DNA of 64,000 bases from Campylobacterales bacterium (lineage in GTDB: Bacteria > Campylobacterota > Campylobacteria > Campylobacterales > Sulfurimonadaceae), in NCBI GenBank assembly GCA_038205935.1, contig JBBRBK010000004.1, positions 1 through 64,000 of the forward strand, in the 5' to 3' direction. Made by a program: the position numbers and the translations under genes. Positions 1 to 9,515 of this stretch are shown here, piece after piece. A model generated the notes under the pieces. The model worked only from the letters and a program-made list of their open reading frames with translations, was not told the origin of the DNA and ran no database searches. Position 1 is the stretch's first letter, and each line of letters starts with the position of its first letter.

Positions 1-705
1 ATTCAAATCTTTTGAGTTCATGATATAAGTCCCGATCCCTGGATCTTCTTCAAGTCTAAAGAGTGTTCCCGTTTCAGGATTTGCGGCGTAAAGTTCATAA
101 GGAAAACGACAATCATTCGCACAGCTTCCACGATTTGGAACACGCCCGCTTTGAAGTGTAGAGATAAGACACCTGCCACTGTAGGCAAAACACATAGAAC
201 CATGCACAAAAACTTCAACTTCCAAATCAGGAAGCTCTTTTTTTATCTCACAAAGATCTTTTAAAGATATCTCGCGAGCCGCAATAATACGGCGTGCACC
301 CATATCGTAGTAAACTTTTGCATCAAGTACATTGAGTACATTTGCCTGAGTTGAAAGATGTAGAGGAATTTGAGGCGCGAGTTCATTACAAAGTTTTAAA
401 ACTCCTGGGGTTGCGACGATGATGGCATCAGGTCCAAGTGCTGCCATATTTAAGATATGCTTTTTTAGTAATGAAAGCTGAGAGTTAAAAGGAAACCCGT
501 TGATGGTTGCATAAACTTTTTTACCTTTGGAATGGGCGTAGTCTATGCCCTCTTTAAAATCTTCAAATGTAAACTCTTTGCCTGAACGAATACGAAGTGA
601 AAAGTGACTCACACCGCCATACACGGCATCAGCACCAAAATCGATGGCTATACGGAGTTTTTCTAAGTTCCCTGCTGGAGAGAGTAATTCTACTTTTTTT
701 TGCAT
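1..705 (-). CDS. U32 family peptidase-like protein (TrhP/YegQ-type tRNA hydroxylation family); 3' end runs off the window
   Basis: Own translation from ATG at 705: MQKKVELLSPAGNLEKLRIAIDFGADAVYGG...LHLSTQAN...EVFVHGSMCFAYSGRC...NRGSCANDCR...MNSKDLN. These are canonical U32 motifs. Not in the ORF track because there is no stop in the window. Confidence 0.9.
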   Translation of the reverse strand, partial: MQKKVELLSPAGNLEKLRIAIDFGADAVYGGVSHFSLRIRSGKEFTFEDFKEGIDYAHSKGKKVYATINGFPFNSQLSLLKKHILNMAALGPDAIIVATPGVLKLCNELAPQIPLHLSTQANVLNVLDAKVYYDMGARRIIAAREISLKDLCEIKKELPDLEVEVFVHGSMCFAYSGRCLISTLQSGRVPNRGSCANDCRFPYELYAANPETGTLFRLEEDPGIGTYIMNSKDLN

Positions 706-757
706 ATCTTCTCTATTTTGTAACACTTACATGTAAGCATTGAATTTTTTTCGAATT

Positions 758-1465
758 CTATCCGTTTGTGCCAAATTGTGCAAGAAGTGCTTCGATATCA
801 TCAACACTTACAAGATCTTCTGTCGCTTGATCACCATGTATATGTACAGCTGAACCCACACGTTTTGCATCATCTATTTTGCCTGCAAAAAGCTCATTCA
901 TATAGTTTGAAAGCGCGCGCATGACATTGATAACACGCTCAATTTTTTGGCGGTGAATATCTTGATACTGCATAATTTCCATAACACTCATCAAATCATT
1001 GCCACTATTTTGCAGCACTTCCAAGACTTCTTGAATCTTTTCTTGCGCCTCTTCATTTTGTTCTTTTGCAGTCTTAAAGCTCTGAATATGAGGAAATTTC
1101 TCATTCAAGTTTGTAAAAAGTTTTACATTATTTTCAAACGTTTGCATGCAAAAGTTTACAGCTTCCTCTTTTTCCATCAGCTCATTACCGATTTTATCGA
1201 TAATATCAAAGATTTCAGATGCTTTTTCTTCACTCTCTTTTGTCACATCATCAAGCTGATGCACCACTTTATGATCATCATCCGGCGGAGGTGGAGGCCA
1301 ACTTCCAGAACTACTTGCTCTGTATGTAGACTCAGCTGCTTGTCCATTGATCTCTTTTACAACTTCTGGTGTTGGTTCTTCTTCAAGATTGTCAAACTCT
1401 GCAACTTCATCTTCAACAGCGTCAAAATCTCCACTCATTAAAGCATCTAGCTCTTCTTGCGTCAT
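758..1465 (-). CDS. cheZ: Campylobacterota-type CheZ chemotaxis phosphatase
   Basis: MTQEELDALM N-terminus, QYQDIHRQKIERV (DxxxQ) active-site motif, C-terminal DDIEALLAQFG CheY-binding peptide. Confidence 0.8.
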   Translation of the reverse strand: MTQEELDALMSGDFDAVEDEVAEFDNLEEEPTPEVVKEINGQAAESTYRASSSGSWPPPPPDDDHKVVHQLDDVTKESEEKASEIFDIIDKIGNELMEKEEAVNFCMQTFENNVKLFTNLNEKFPHIQSFKTAKEQNEEAQEKIQEVLEVLQNSGNDLMSVMEIMQYQDIHRQKIERVINVMRALSNYMNELFAGKIDDAKRVGSAVHIHGDQATEDLVSVDDIEALLAQFGTNG

Positions 1466-1534
1466 ACAACTGCTCCAAAACTTATTTGTACTATAATAGC
1501 AAGATAAACTTTAAAAAAAAAGAGAATTTAAAAA

Positions 1535-2314
1535 ATGTTAGTAGATTTGCACAATCATACACCACTTTGTAATCATGCAGAGGGCACAGTCGATGAATAC
1601 GTAGAAGCAGCAATAAAAAAAGGAATCAAGTACTTTGGATTTTCTGATCATGCGCCTATGAATTTTGATACGAAGTACCGTATGAGTTTTGAAGAGATGA
1701 AAAAGTATGAAATAATGGTCAAGAATGCGAAAATAAAATATCAAGACCAAATAGAAGTTTTGCTTGGATACGAAGTCGATTATCTTAAAAATCATATGGA
1801 TGAGAGAGTTTTAAATGCGGATGTGGATTATCTCATAGGCTCTGTGCACTTTATCGATGAGTGGGGCTTTGATAATCCTGAGTTTATCGGAAGGTATGAG
1901 CATGAAGATATTGACGAGATCTGGCAAAAATATTTTGATGCGATCGAAGCAATGGCAAACTCCAAAAAATTTGACATCGCAGGACATCTTGATCTGATAA
2001 AAGTTTTTAAATTTCTTCCTAAAAAAGATATCAAACTCATCGCACAAAATGCCCTACAAGCGATCAAAAATGCGGATATTGTTTTAGAGATCAATATGTC
2101 AGGTCTGCGAAAACCTATCGAAGAAACTTATCCATCAAAAGAGTTACTTGAACTGGCTTTTTCTTTGGACATTCCTATCACTTTCGGTTCAGATGCCCAT
2201 AAACCTGAACAAGTAGGACTATATGACACAAGAGTTGTAGATCTCGCACGGGAAATCGGCTACACAAAATGTGCAGTATTTCACAAGAGAAAGAGACGTT
2301 GTATAGACTTTTAA
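1535..2314 (+). CDS. PHP-family histidinol-phosphatase (HisJ/HisK type)
   Basis: DLHNHT, FSDHAP, GSVH, GHLD and GSDAH PHP motifs. Confidence 0.85.
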   Translation: MLVDLHNHTPLCNHAEGTVDEYVEAAIKKGIKYFGFSDHAPMNFDTKYRMSFEEMKKYEIMVKNAKIKYQDQIEVLLGYEVDYLKNHMDERVLNADVDYLIGSVHFIDEWGFDNPEFIGRYEHEDIDEIWQKYFDAIEAMANSKKFDIAGHLDLIKVFKFLPKKDIKLIAQNALQAIKNADIVLEINMSGLRKPIEETYPSKELLELAFSLDIPITFGSDAHKPEQVGLYDTRVVDLAREIGYTKCAVFHKRKRRCIDF

Positions 2315-2377
2315 AGACTTACCCCTAAAGAGCACTTACATGTAAGCTTATATACTTACATGCAAGCGATTTTAAAA

Positions 2378-2824
2378 CTATTTTGTATTGATCATCCATG
2401 TAGAAAAGATATCAATATACTCCCAAAAAGATTTGATATACTCAGGACTCACACCCTCACTTTCAAGTTCTGGAAGAAGCTGTGCATAAAGTTCCAACCA
2501 TCTTCTTCTTGCTTTTTCATCGATACGAAATGGTGCGTGACGGCCAACCATTCTAGGCTCGCCGCGAGATTCAGCAAAATATGCATGTCCACCACAAATC
2601 TGAATGAAAAAATCCGCAGCATGCTTTTTAGCCAAAGAAAATTCTTCTTCATCAAACACAGGAAACAAAAAAGCAATATCACTGTTTCTAATAAGCTCAT
2701 AATGATCATCCACAAGTTTTCTAAATCTTTCTTCACCGACTTCTGCAAAAAATCCTGGATGTGGTTTTGTCACTGGCAAACGTACACCAAATTCACCATC
2801 TGTAATTTTTAAATCCATAATCAT
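2378..2824 (-). CDS. Truncated (2/2) globin
   Basis: VGEERFRKLVDDHY...FFIQICGG...Y...GEPRMVGRHAPFRID...RRRWL pattern of group II-like truncated haemoglobins; start may be 2818. Confidence 0.8.
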   Translation of the reverse strand: MIMDLKITDGEFGVRLPVTKPHPGFFAEVGEERFRKLVDDHYELIRNSDIAFLFPVFDEEEFSLAKKHAADFFIQICGGHAYFAESRGEPRMVGRHAPFRIDEKARRRWLELYAQLLPELESEGVSPEYIKSFWEYIDIFSTWMINTK

Positions 2825-2902
2825 TCCTCATCTTTTTTTCTTTTAATGATAGTTAAATCTATATTAATATTTACTATTTTGACTAACTTTGGTTCATACA
2901 TA

Positions 2903-4252
2903 TCAAAGTGATGTAACTACTCTATTTTTCCCATGCTTCTTAGCTTCATACATGAGATTATCTACTCTTAATATCAGAGTTTGAACTGTGTCACCTTTTA
3001 CAAATTCACTTACCCCAAAGCTACATGTAACATTCCCAATATCTTCAAGATCTTGTGCTTCTATTTTTTGACGTAATTTTTCAGCAACATAAGCGGCCTC
3101 TTGCAGAGCTGTATGTGACATAATAATCACAAATTCTTCGCCACCCCAGCGAGCAAATACATCTGTTATCCTAAGAGATTCTTTAAAGAGTGTTGCAATG
3201 GTTTTTAGAACATAATCCCCTCTTAAGTGCCCATAAGTATCATTTATCTTCTTAAAATTATCAATATCAAAAAATATAAGAGAGAATGACTCTGTATTGT
3301 AACGCATTACTCTATTGATCTCTTTGTTAAGTTCGATTTCAAACTTTCCTCTATTATAAATGGTTGTCAGCGGATCTGTTACAGACATAAGCTCATACTC
3401 TGAAGCTTTTGCATTTAGGATTCTATTGACTTCTTGAAGTTCACTTTGGCTACTTTTCATAATATTTGCCCAGCGTGAGTATACTTTTGCCAGTAAATCT
3501 TCTTGCGTTATTTGCCCTATCGTATTTCCATCATTATCTGCGATAATAAGTCTCTTAAAATGCTTATTTGTTATAAAACTCAGAGCTTCTTGTATTGATG
3601 TATTATAATTTATTGTTAAAAGCGGAGAGATCATAAAATTACTAGCTTTTTGTTTGAAATTCACATTGTTTTGAAAAAACTTTACAACATCTTTTGTAGT
3701 GATAATGCCAACAGAATTTTGTTTATGATCCGTCAAAATGACGCAATCGTACATACGTTCATCCAACATTCCTATAACATCACACAATGAGCTCTCTTGT
3801 GAAGCCTTTTTAGGTTCTGTGCCTATTAAAAATTCGCCAACCACTCTACTCTCTAGCATCACACTTGGATCAATAGATGAGACAATATCATGATAAGAGA
3901 TAAATCCACATAATTCATTTTTTTCATCTACTACACAAATAGGGCAATTGAGACTTTTTATCATACTCAAAGCATCCAAAACATTGGCATTTTTACCGAT
4001 AGTCTCAGTTTTATGAAATGTGATGGAAGATATTGTACAATTAAAATCAACACCCTCTTTTTTCATTTTTATAAGATCGACGGTACTGAGCATTCCAAAT
4101 TTTTTATGTTTTTTTGAAAGGATGACTATATCTCTGTGATTGTGCTCATACATCTTATCAATGGCAGTAGAAACCAATTCATCTTCGAAAATTGTTAGTA
4201 CGTTCTTTGTAGCGGCATTCATAATATTTTGAATTTTCATATTGCACCCCAA
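2903..4252 (-). CDS. Diguanylate cyclase with four N-terminal CBS domains
   Basis: C-terminal TDPLT...DIDNFKKINDTYGH...RWGGEEF domain; repeated CBS-like segments (GFISYHDI, GIITTKDV, GQITQEDL); real start probably a few codons downstream. Confidence 0.9.
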   Translation of the reverse strand: MGCNMKIQNIMNAATKNVLTIFEDELVSTAIDKMYEHNHRDIVILSKKHKKFGMLSTVDLIKMKKEGVDFNCTISSITFHKTETIGKNANVLDALSMIKSLNCPICVVDEKNELCGFISYHDIVSSIDPSVMLESRVVGEFLIGTEPKKASQESSLCDVIGMLDERMYDCVILTDHKQNSVGIITTKDVVKFFQNNVNFKQKASNFMISPLLTINYNTSIQEALSFITNKHFKRLIIADNDGNTIGQITQEDLLAKVYSRWANIMKSSQSELQEVNRILNAKASEYELMSVTDPLTTIYNRGKFEIELNKEINRVMRYNTESFSLIFFDIDNFKKINDTYGHLRGDYVLKTIATLFKESLRITDVFARWGGEEFVIIMSHTALQEAAYVAEKLRQKIEAQDLEDIGNVTCSFGVSEFVKGDTVQTLILRVDNLMYEAKKHGKNRVVTSL

Positions 4253-4393
4253 TTGTAATCGTTTTTTTATTTTACTTCAATGTTCATAAAAACATTATAA
4301 AACAGTTCCTTTTTTTACTTTTTTTGGATATACTTTCGCCCTTAAAGTCTGTCTTGCATGATAGCCTTTAGAATTTTACAAAAGGAGAGCCAG

Positions 4394-4585
4394 ATGCCAA
4401 AGATGAAATCGGTAAAAGGCGCTGTTAAGCGTTTTAAAATTAAGAAAAATGGAACTGTTAAACGTGGAACAGCGTTTAGAAGTCATATCTTAACGAAACA
4501 AGACGCAGCAACTCGTCGTAAACAAAATGCGCCTAAAGTTGTAGCTAAAGTTGATGAAAAAAATATTAAGGCAATGTTCGCTTAA
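4394..4585 (+). CDS. rpmI: 50S ribosomal protein L35
   Basis: [15 protein letters not shown]...; AGGAG RBS upstream of ATG 4394. Confidence 0.97.
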   Translation: MPKMKSVKGAVKRFKIKKNGTVKRGTAFRSHILTKQDAATRRKQNAPKVVAKVDEKNIKAMFA

Positions 4586-4690
4586 TCTTTAAGCAAACTC
4601 ATAATCTCCACTTAAAAAGTGGGCAAGTCCACCAACAATAGAGTGGCACCCATCGCGAAATGTTGATCGGGTAAAGAAAAGGAAAATAAT

Positions 4691-5044
4691 ATGCCAAGAG
4701 TAAAAACTGGTACTGTTCGTAGAGCACGTCACAAAAAAATATTAAAACTTGCAAAAGGTTTCTACAGTGGTCGTCGTAAACACTACCGTAAAGCAAAAGA
4801 GCAAGTAGAACGTTCAATGTATTATGCATTCCGTGACCGTAAACAAAACAAACGTGAGTTCCGTCGTTTATGGATCGTTCGTATTAATGCAGCATGTCGT
4901 TTAAATGGTATTAACTACTCATCTTTCATCAATGGTTTACACAAATCTGGTATCGAACTTGACCGTAAAATTCTTGCTGATATGGCTATGAATGATGCAG
5001 CAGCGTTTAGCGCAGTTGTAACTTCTGCTAAAGCAGCACTATAA
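4691..5044 (+). CDS. rplT: 50S ribosomal protein L20
   Basis: MPRVKTG...[12 protein letters not shown]...ELDRKILAD. Confidence 0.98.
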   Translation: MPRVKTGTVRRARHKKILKLAKGFYSGRRKHYRKAKEQVERSMYYAFRDRKQNKREFRRLWIVRINAACRLNGINYSSFINGLHKSGIELDRKILADMAMNDAAAFSAVVTSAKAAL

Positions 5045-5051
5045 TTTCAAT

Positions 5052-5102
5052 CATCTAAATAGGTAAAAGCCCATTTAGATGGCAGGGACTTTAGTCCCTA
5101 CC
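5052..5102. terminator. Two adjacent hairpins between convergent rplT and rarA (terminator and/or REP-like unit)
   Basis: CATCTAAAT 5052-5060 pairs with ATTTAGATG 5073-5081; GGCAGGGACT-TT-AGTCCCTACC 5081-5102. Confidence 0.6.
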
Positions 5103-5158
5103 ACCCCTGAAGCTACAAAAAACTTTATTTTTTGAGAGTTTTAGATTTTTCTACTTTT

Positions 5159-6352
5159 TTAACTTTTTATGACCGCCATCCACTCTTTCATCTTCTTCTC
5201 ATAACCGATATCTTTTAACTCTACAAACTTTAGCTCTTTACTTAAATACTTTTGTTTCACATAACCGTCAAAATCGTGCGGATACAAATACCCTTTATTG
5301 TTCTGCTGTATATTTTTAGGGATTTCTAAAAGTACACCATCTTCTACTGCCTGCAGAGCACTATTTATCGCAAGATATGCACTATTTGATTTTGGAGAAG
5401 CGCAAAGATATATAACTGCTTGAGCAAGGATGATACGTGATTCAGGATAACCAATCTTTGAGACTGAACTCATCGCCGAAGTAGTAAGAGTAAGCGCTTG
5501 AGGATTTGCATTGCCAACATCTTCACTCGCTAAAATCACCAAACGGCGTGCTATAAAATCAGCCGACTCTCCAGCCTTGATAAGACGAGCCAAATAGTAG
5601 ATGGCTGCATCAGCGTCACTCCCTCGAATCGATTTGATAAGTGCACTTATAAGATCATAATGCACAGTCGCATCACTACTTCCATCATTTTGAGCGGTTG
5701 GACGGAGCGATTTTAAAAGTTCTAGTGTTATCTCGCTATGAAGAGCTGAAGCAAACTCTAAAAGTTTGAGCATCGCTCTTGCATCGCCATTAGAACTCAC
5801 AACCAAATACTCTCTTGCATCATCTTGACACTCAAGATTTTGCTTACATGTAGAGCTTTTACATGTAAGCGCTTTGTCTAAAAGAGTATTCATCTCATCT
5901 TTAGAAATTCTCTTTAGTTCAAAAAGCATAGAGCGTGAACGCATCGCCGAAGTAAGTGAAAAGAAGGGATTTTCAGTAGAAGCACCGATAAGTAAAATAG
6001 AGTTTTTTTCCATCACAGGCAAAAGAACTTCTTGCTGATTTTTAGCTAGACGATGCACCTCATCTATAAAGATAAGGGGGCGTTGGAGTGCATTTTCATA
6101 CTGATCAAATATTTTTCTCAAGCTTTCGACTTTCAAAGAGGTAGCGTTAAATTCATAAAAAGGGAGTTGCATCACAGTTGCAATGACACGAGCGAGAGAA
6201 GTTTTTCCAGTTCCAGGAGGTCCGTAAAAGAAGCTGTGTCCCAAAGCACCATTTTCGCACAAACGGCGAAGTGGAGCATCTTTTGAAACAAGATGAGACT
6301 GTCCGACTACCTCATCAAAACTCTTTGGTCGAAAATGTTGAGTAAAATCCAT
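5159..6352 (-). CDS. rarA: Replication-associated recombination protein A (AAA+)
   Basis: RPKSFDEVVGQSHL, GPPGTGKT, FIDEVHR, GASTENP, HYDLISALIKSIRGSD, SEDVGNA. Confidence 0.95.
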   Translation of the reverse strand: MDFTQHFRPKSFDEVVGQSHLVSKDAPLRRLCENGALGHSFFYGPPGTGKTSLARVIATVMQLPFYEFNATSLKVESLRKIFDQYENALQRPLIFIDEVHRLAKNQQEVLLPVMEKNSILLIGASTENPFFSLTSAMRSRSMLFELKRISKDEMNTLLDKALTCKSSTCKQNLECQDDAREYLVVSSNGDARAMLKLLEFASALHSEITLELLKSLRPTAQNDGSSDATVHYDLISALIKSIRGSDADAAIYYLARLIKAGESADFIARRLVILASEDVGNANPQALTLTTSAMSSVSKIGYPESRIILAQAVIYLCASPKSNSAYLAINSALQAVEDGVLLEIPKNIQQNNKGYLYPHDFDGYVKQKYLSKELKFVELKDIGYEKKMKEWMAVIKS

Positions 6353-6750
6353 TATCCTGCAATGATCTTGATGTAAACTTCGCGCTCTTGACGCGGGCCG
6401 TCAAACTCTCCAAAAAACACACCTTGCCATTTTCCAAGTGTGAGTTTTGCATTTACAACAGGAATGGTCACAGAGTTCCCCATACGTGAGCTTTTGAGAT
6501 GCGCTGCGGCATTTTTTCCCGTATGTTGGTATTGCACATCACTCGGAGCAACACGGCTAAGTCCATTTAAAAGATCGCGACGAAGAGCTGGATCCTGATT
6601 TTCAAACATAAAAACACTTGAAGTCGTATGTGGAGTAAAGACAACACAGATGCCGTCTTTGACTCCTGATTTGATAACTTCCTCATTTACTTCTTTACTT
6701 ATATCCATAAGTTGTGTTTTATGACTTGTAGGAAACTTCATTTTAATCAT
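6352..6750 (-). CDS. yjbQ: YjbQ/UPF0047 family protein (secondary thiamine-phosphate synthase)
   Basis: PHTT, AAAHLKS and LGKWQGVFFGEFDGPR motifs. Confidence 0.9.
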   Translation of the reverse strand: MIKMKFPTSHKTQLMDISKEVNEEVIKSGVKDGICVVFTPHTTSSVFMFENQDPALRRDLLNGLSRVAPSDVQYQHTGKNAAAHLKSSRMGNSVTIPVVNAKLTLGKWQGVFFGEFDGPRQEREVYIKIIAG

Positions 6751-7748
6751 TTTCTAGGTCCTTTTTTCGGATTTTTTAGCTCTTTTTTACCGTATTTATC
6801 TTTTTTATTTGTTTCTTTGCTTTTTGAGTCTTTATTTTTTAACTCTTTAATATAACTTTTATGTTCTTTGCCCGCAGTTTTAGAGGTTTTTGCGTAAGCT
6901 TTTGGTTCTCTCTCGTCAGTTTTTTTATCTTTTTTATCAAACTTTGGTGGTTTACTCCCAGTCTTTGGTGCTCTCTCTTTTTCTTCTCTCTCATGATTTT
7001 TCATAAATTCATAAAGATGTCCATACTCAGCTCTCGTTAAAAATCTTACTTTTCCATTTGGAAGATTATTGAGCTCAATCCCGCCAAAACTTAAACGTTT
7101 AAGATCCACAACTTCTCGTTCAAAATGACCGAAAAAGCGTCTTACTTCACGGTTTTGTCCCTCGCCGATTGCGATTTTAAGTATCGAGTACATCGGTGAG
7201 TTTTTAATGATTTTATATGCATAAAATGGTGCGAAATTCATAGAACCTATATCGCTAAGCTCGTGTGCGCCAAGTGATGCATCTTCAAGCTCAAGGCCAT
7301 TTTTCATAGCTGTCTCGATCGCTTCACTGATCTCGCCTTTAACTTTTACACGATAAACACGCTCCATACTTGATGTCATAAGTGCGGTCGCAACGCGTGA
7401 TGCATCTGTCATCAAGAGTAAACCCTCAGTTGCATAATCAAGTCTGCCTATGGGAATATAATGCTTATACTTGCTTGGAAGCGTGTCATAAATCGTTTTT
7501 CTTCCCTTGGGATCGGTTTTTGTGACGAGCTCGCCTTTTTCTTTGTTGTATGCGATAACCGTATACTGCTCAGTAGGCATCACTTTTTTCCCGCTAATAC
7601 TTACTTTTGAATATTTTTCATCCACAGAAGTTGCAGGATTAATTTCTACTTCTCCATCAACTTTTACATAGCCAGCTTCTATCGCTTTATCGGCTTCACG
7701 TCTAGAATAGCTCGAATAATGTGCTATAAATTTGTTTAATCTCATCAA
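6747..7748 (-). CDS. rluB: rRNA pseudouridine synthase (RluB/RsuA family) with S4 domain and Lys-rich tail
   Basis: RLNKFIA..SRREAD S4 motif, GRLDYATEGLLL, EGQNREVRR. Confidence 0.85.
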   Translation of the reverse strand: MMRLNKFIAHYSSYSRREADKAIEAGYVKVDGEVEINPATSVDEKYSKVSISGKKVMPTEQYTVIAYNKEKGELVTKTDPKGRKTIYDTLPSKYKHYIPIGRLDYATEGLLLMTDASRVATALMTSSMERVYRVKVKGEISEAIETAMKNGLELEDASLGAHELSDIGSMNFAPFYAYKIIKNSPMYSILKIAIGEGQNREVRRFFGHFEREVVDLKRLSFGGIELNNLPNGKVRFLTRAEYGHLYEFMKNHEREEKERAPKTGSKPPKFDKKDKKTDEREPKAYAKTSKTAGKEHKSYIKELKNKDSKSKETNKKDKYGKKELKNPKKGPRK

Positions 7749-8707
7749 GATATACCCTTTTCTACGAGAGTGTGTATATGCAATACACCCTCTACTTTTG
7801 CCGCTTTGTCTGTGACAACCGCAAGCTGGATCTTTCTCTCTTCTATCATTGCTAAAGCATCACTTGCCAATATCGCTTTGTCATCAATCACAAAAGGATT
7901 TAACGTAGCGTATTTGCCAACAGGTGCTTCAAGAGAAAAATCATCTCTCATAAGTGCACGGCGAACATCGCCATCACTCAAAATACCGATCAATTTTTGG
8001 GCATCATCCACAAGCAAGACCGTTCCAAGACGTCCTTCGCTGATTTTTACAATTGCCTCTTTGATCGGCGTGTCTATGCTTGCAAAAGGGAGATTCTCTT
8101 TTTGCATAAGATCCCCCACTTTGACAAACAGTTTTTTTCCCAGTGCTCCACCTGGATGAAAAGAAGCAAAATCACTTTTTTTAAAATTTCTTGCCCTCAT
8201 AAGGCAAACAGCAAGTGCATCACCTAAAGCTAAAGTCAAAGTTGTAGAACTCGTAGGCGCGATATCCAGAGGACACGCCTCTTTTTCAACAATAACAGGA
8301 ATAACAAGATCACTATATCTGCCAAGCGTTGAGAGAGCATTTTTTGTCATACCAATAAGTGGCACATTGAAGCGTTTTACATGCGGTAAAATAGCACCCA
8401 ATTCTTCACTCTCTCCACTGTAACTGATGGCAATGACGACATCATCTTTGCCTATCATTCCAAGATCACCATGCAGTGCTTCAGTAGGATGTAAAAAGAA
8501 GCTCGGTGTTCCCGTAGAAGCAAAAGTAGCCGCCATTTTTGCGCCAATAAGCCCAGACTTTCCGACACCAGTGACTACAAGTTTGCCTCTACATGCAAGA
8601 ATAGTTTCAACAGCTTTATCAAACTCACCGTCTATATTCTTTGCTCCGTCAAGAAGCGTTTTAGCTTCTATCTCTAACGTTTGTTGTGCAATCTCTTTAT
8701 AATTCAT
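7745..8707 (-). CDS. kdsD: Arabinose-5-phosphate isomerase, KpsF/GutQ family
   Basis: GVGKSG, HPTEALHGDLG, APTSSTT, FHPGGALG, C-terminal CBS pair. Confidence 0.92.
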   Translation of the reverse strand: MNYKEIAQQTLEIEAKTLLDGAKNIDGEFDKAVETILACRGKLVVTGVGKSGLIGAKMAATFASTGTPSFFLHPTEALHGDLGMIGKDDVVIAISYSGESEELGAILPHVKRFNVPLIGMTKNALSTLGRYSDLVIPVIVEKEACPLDIAPTSSTTLTLALGDALAVCLMRARNFKKSDFASFHPGGALGKKLFVKVGDLMQKENLPFASIDTPIKEAIVKISEGRLGTVLLVDDAQKLIGILSDGDVRRALMRDDFSLEAPVGKYATLNPFVIDDKAILASDALAMIEERKIQLAVVTDKAAKVEGVLHIHTLVEKGIS

Positions 8708-8778
8708 AATGTGATTATACCTTTTTTATCTGCATTTGGTATAATGCACCAATAAATAAAATTTGTGGAGAAACCTTA

Positions 8779-9513
8779 ATGAGAGATTTAATAGGAACAT
8801 ATGAAAACAGTATAGATTCACTTAGATTAAAGCCCAGAGTGCTCACAACCAATACACTTATCTTAGGTGAAGAAGGCTCTGGTAAAACGAATTTGGCTTG
8901 TAGAATTAGAAATTTTGTCATAGATAACGATGTACCGACACTCTATCTTGACTTTTCAAACTCGCACCAAGAAGAAGTTGAACTCAGATATAAAGATGAG
9001 CATTTTCACTATATTCAGTATGATGAAACAGAAGTATTTATACACGAACTTCAATTACTCGTAGCGCAAAAAAAACATATTTATATGGCTGTAAATCCAA
9101 ACTTTTTTGCTACAAAAAAAGATATCAAAAGTAAACTGACTCAAATACTTCAGATGCCGGAACTTCTTGAAAACTACTATTATTTTTTCCATGATATTGC
9201 TAATCTCAACGGTTTTTATACACGATTTGAAGACTTTTTACTTTATATGCTCAGCCTTTTCAATCTTAAAAAATATGGAATTACATTTTTAACACAACCT
9301 CACACAATTTTTGAAAATGCACAACTCAAACTTCTTTTTACTTTCCTTTTTGTAGGAAAATGTTCAAATCTTGATTATTATAATACGGCTGTTTTAAAAA
9401 CATTGCAAAAAAATCATTTCCTTTTTCAGCAGAGAACTGCAAATAGAACACTTCTTTTCAATGACATCAAAACTAGTATGGTGTCGATAGACGAATATCT
9501 TTTAGAAGAATAG
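8779..9513 (+). CDS. P-loop ATP-binding protein of unknown function
   Basis: Walker A GEEGSGKT after the hydrophobic strand TLIL. Confidence 0.6.
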   Translation: MRDLIGTYENSIDSLRLKPRVLTTNTLILGEEGSGKTNLACRIRNFVIDNDVPTLYLDFSNSHQEEVELRYKDEHFHYIQYDETEVFIHELQLLVAQKKHIYMAVNPNFFATKKDIKSKLTQILQMPELLENYYYFFHDIANLNGFYTRFEDFLLYMLSLFNLKKYGITFLTQPHTIFENAQLKLLFTFLFVGKCSNLDYYNTAVLKTLQKNHFLFQQRTANRTLLFNDIKTSMVSIDEYLLEE

Positions 9514-9515
9514 TC

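Noticed and set aside
947..1441. Long antisense ORFs (also 2360-2812, 26001-26561, 57440-57796 and similar)
   Set aside because: Shadow frames of well-supported genes on the opposite strand.
3022..3029. TACATGTA core in the GGDEF gene as evidence of motif insertion
   Set aside because: It encodes the ordinary VTCSFG GGDEF strand. It is counted as an occurrence but could be chance; the same applies to the bioB copy at 62231.
6747..7000. Low-complexity Lys-rich tail of the pseudouridine synthase
   Set aside because: Basic disordered tails are common in RluB-family proteins.
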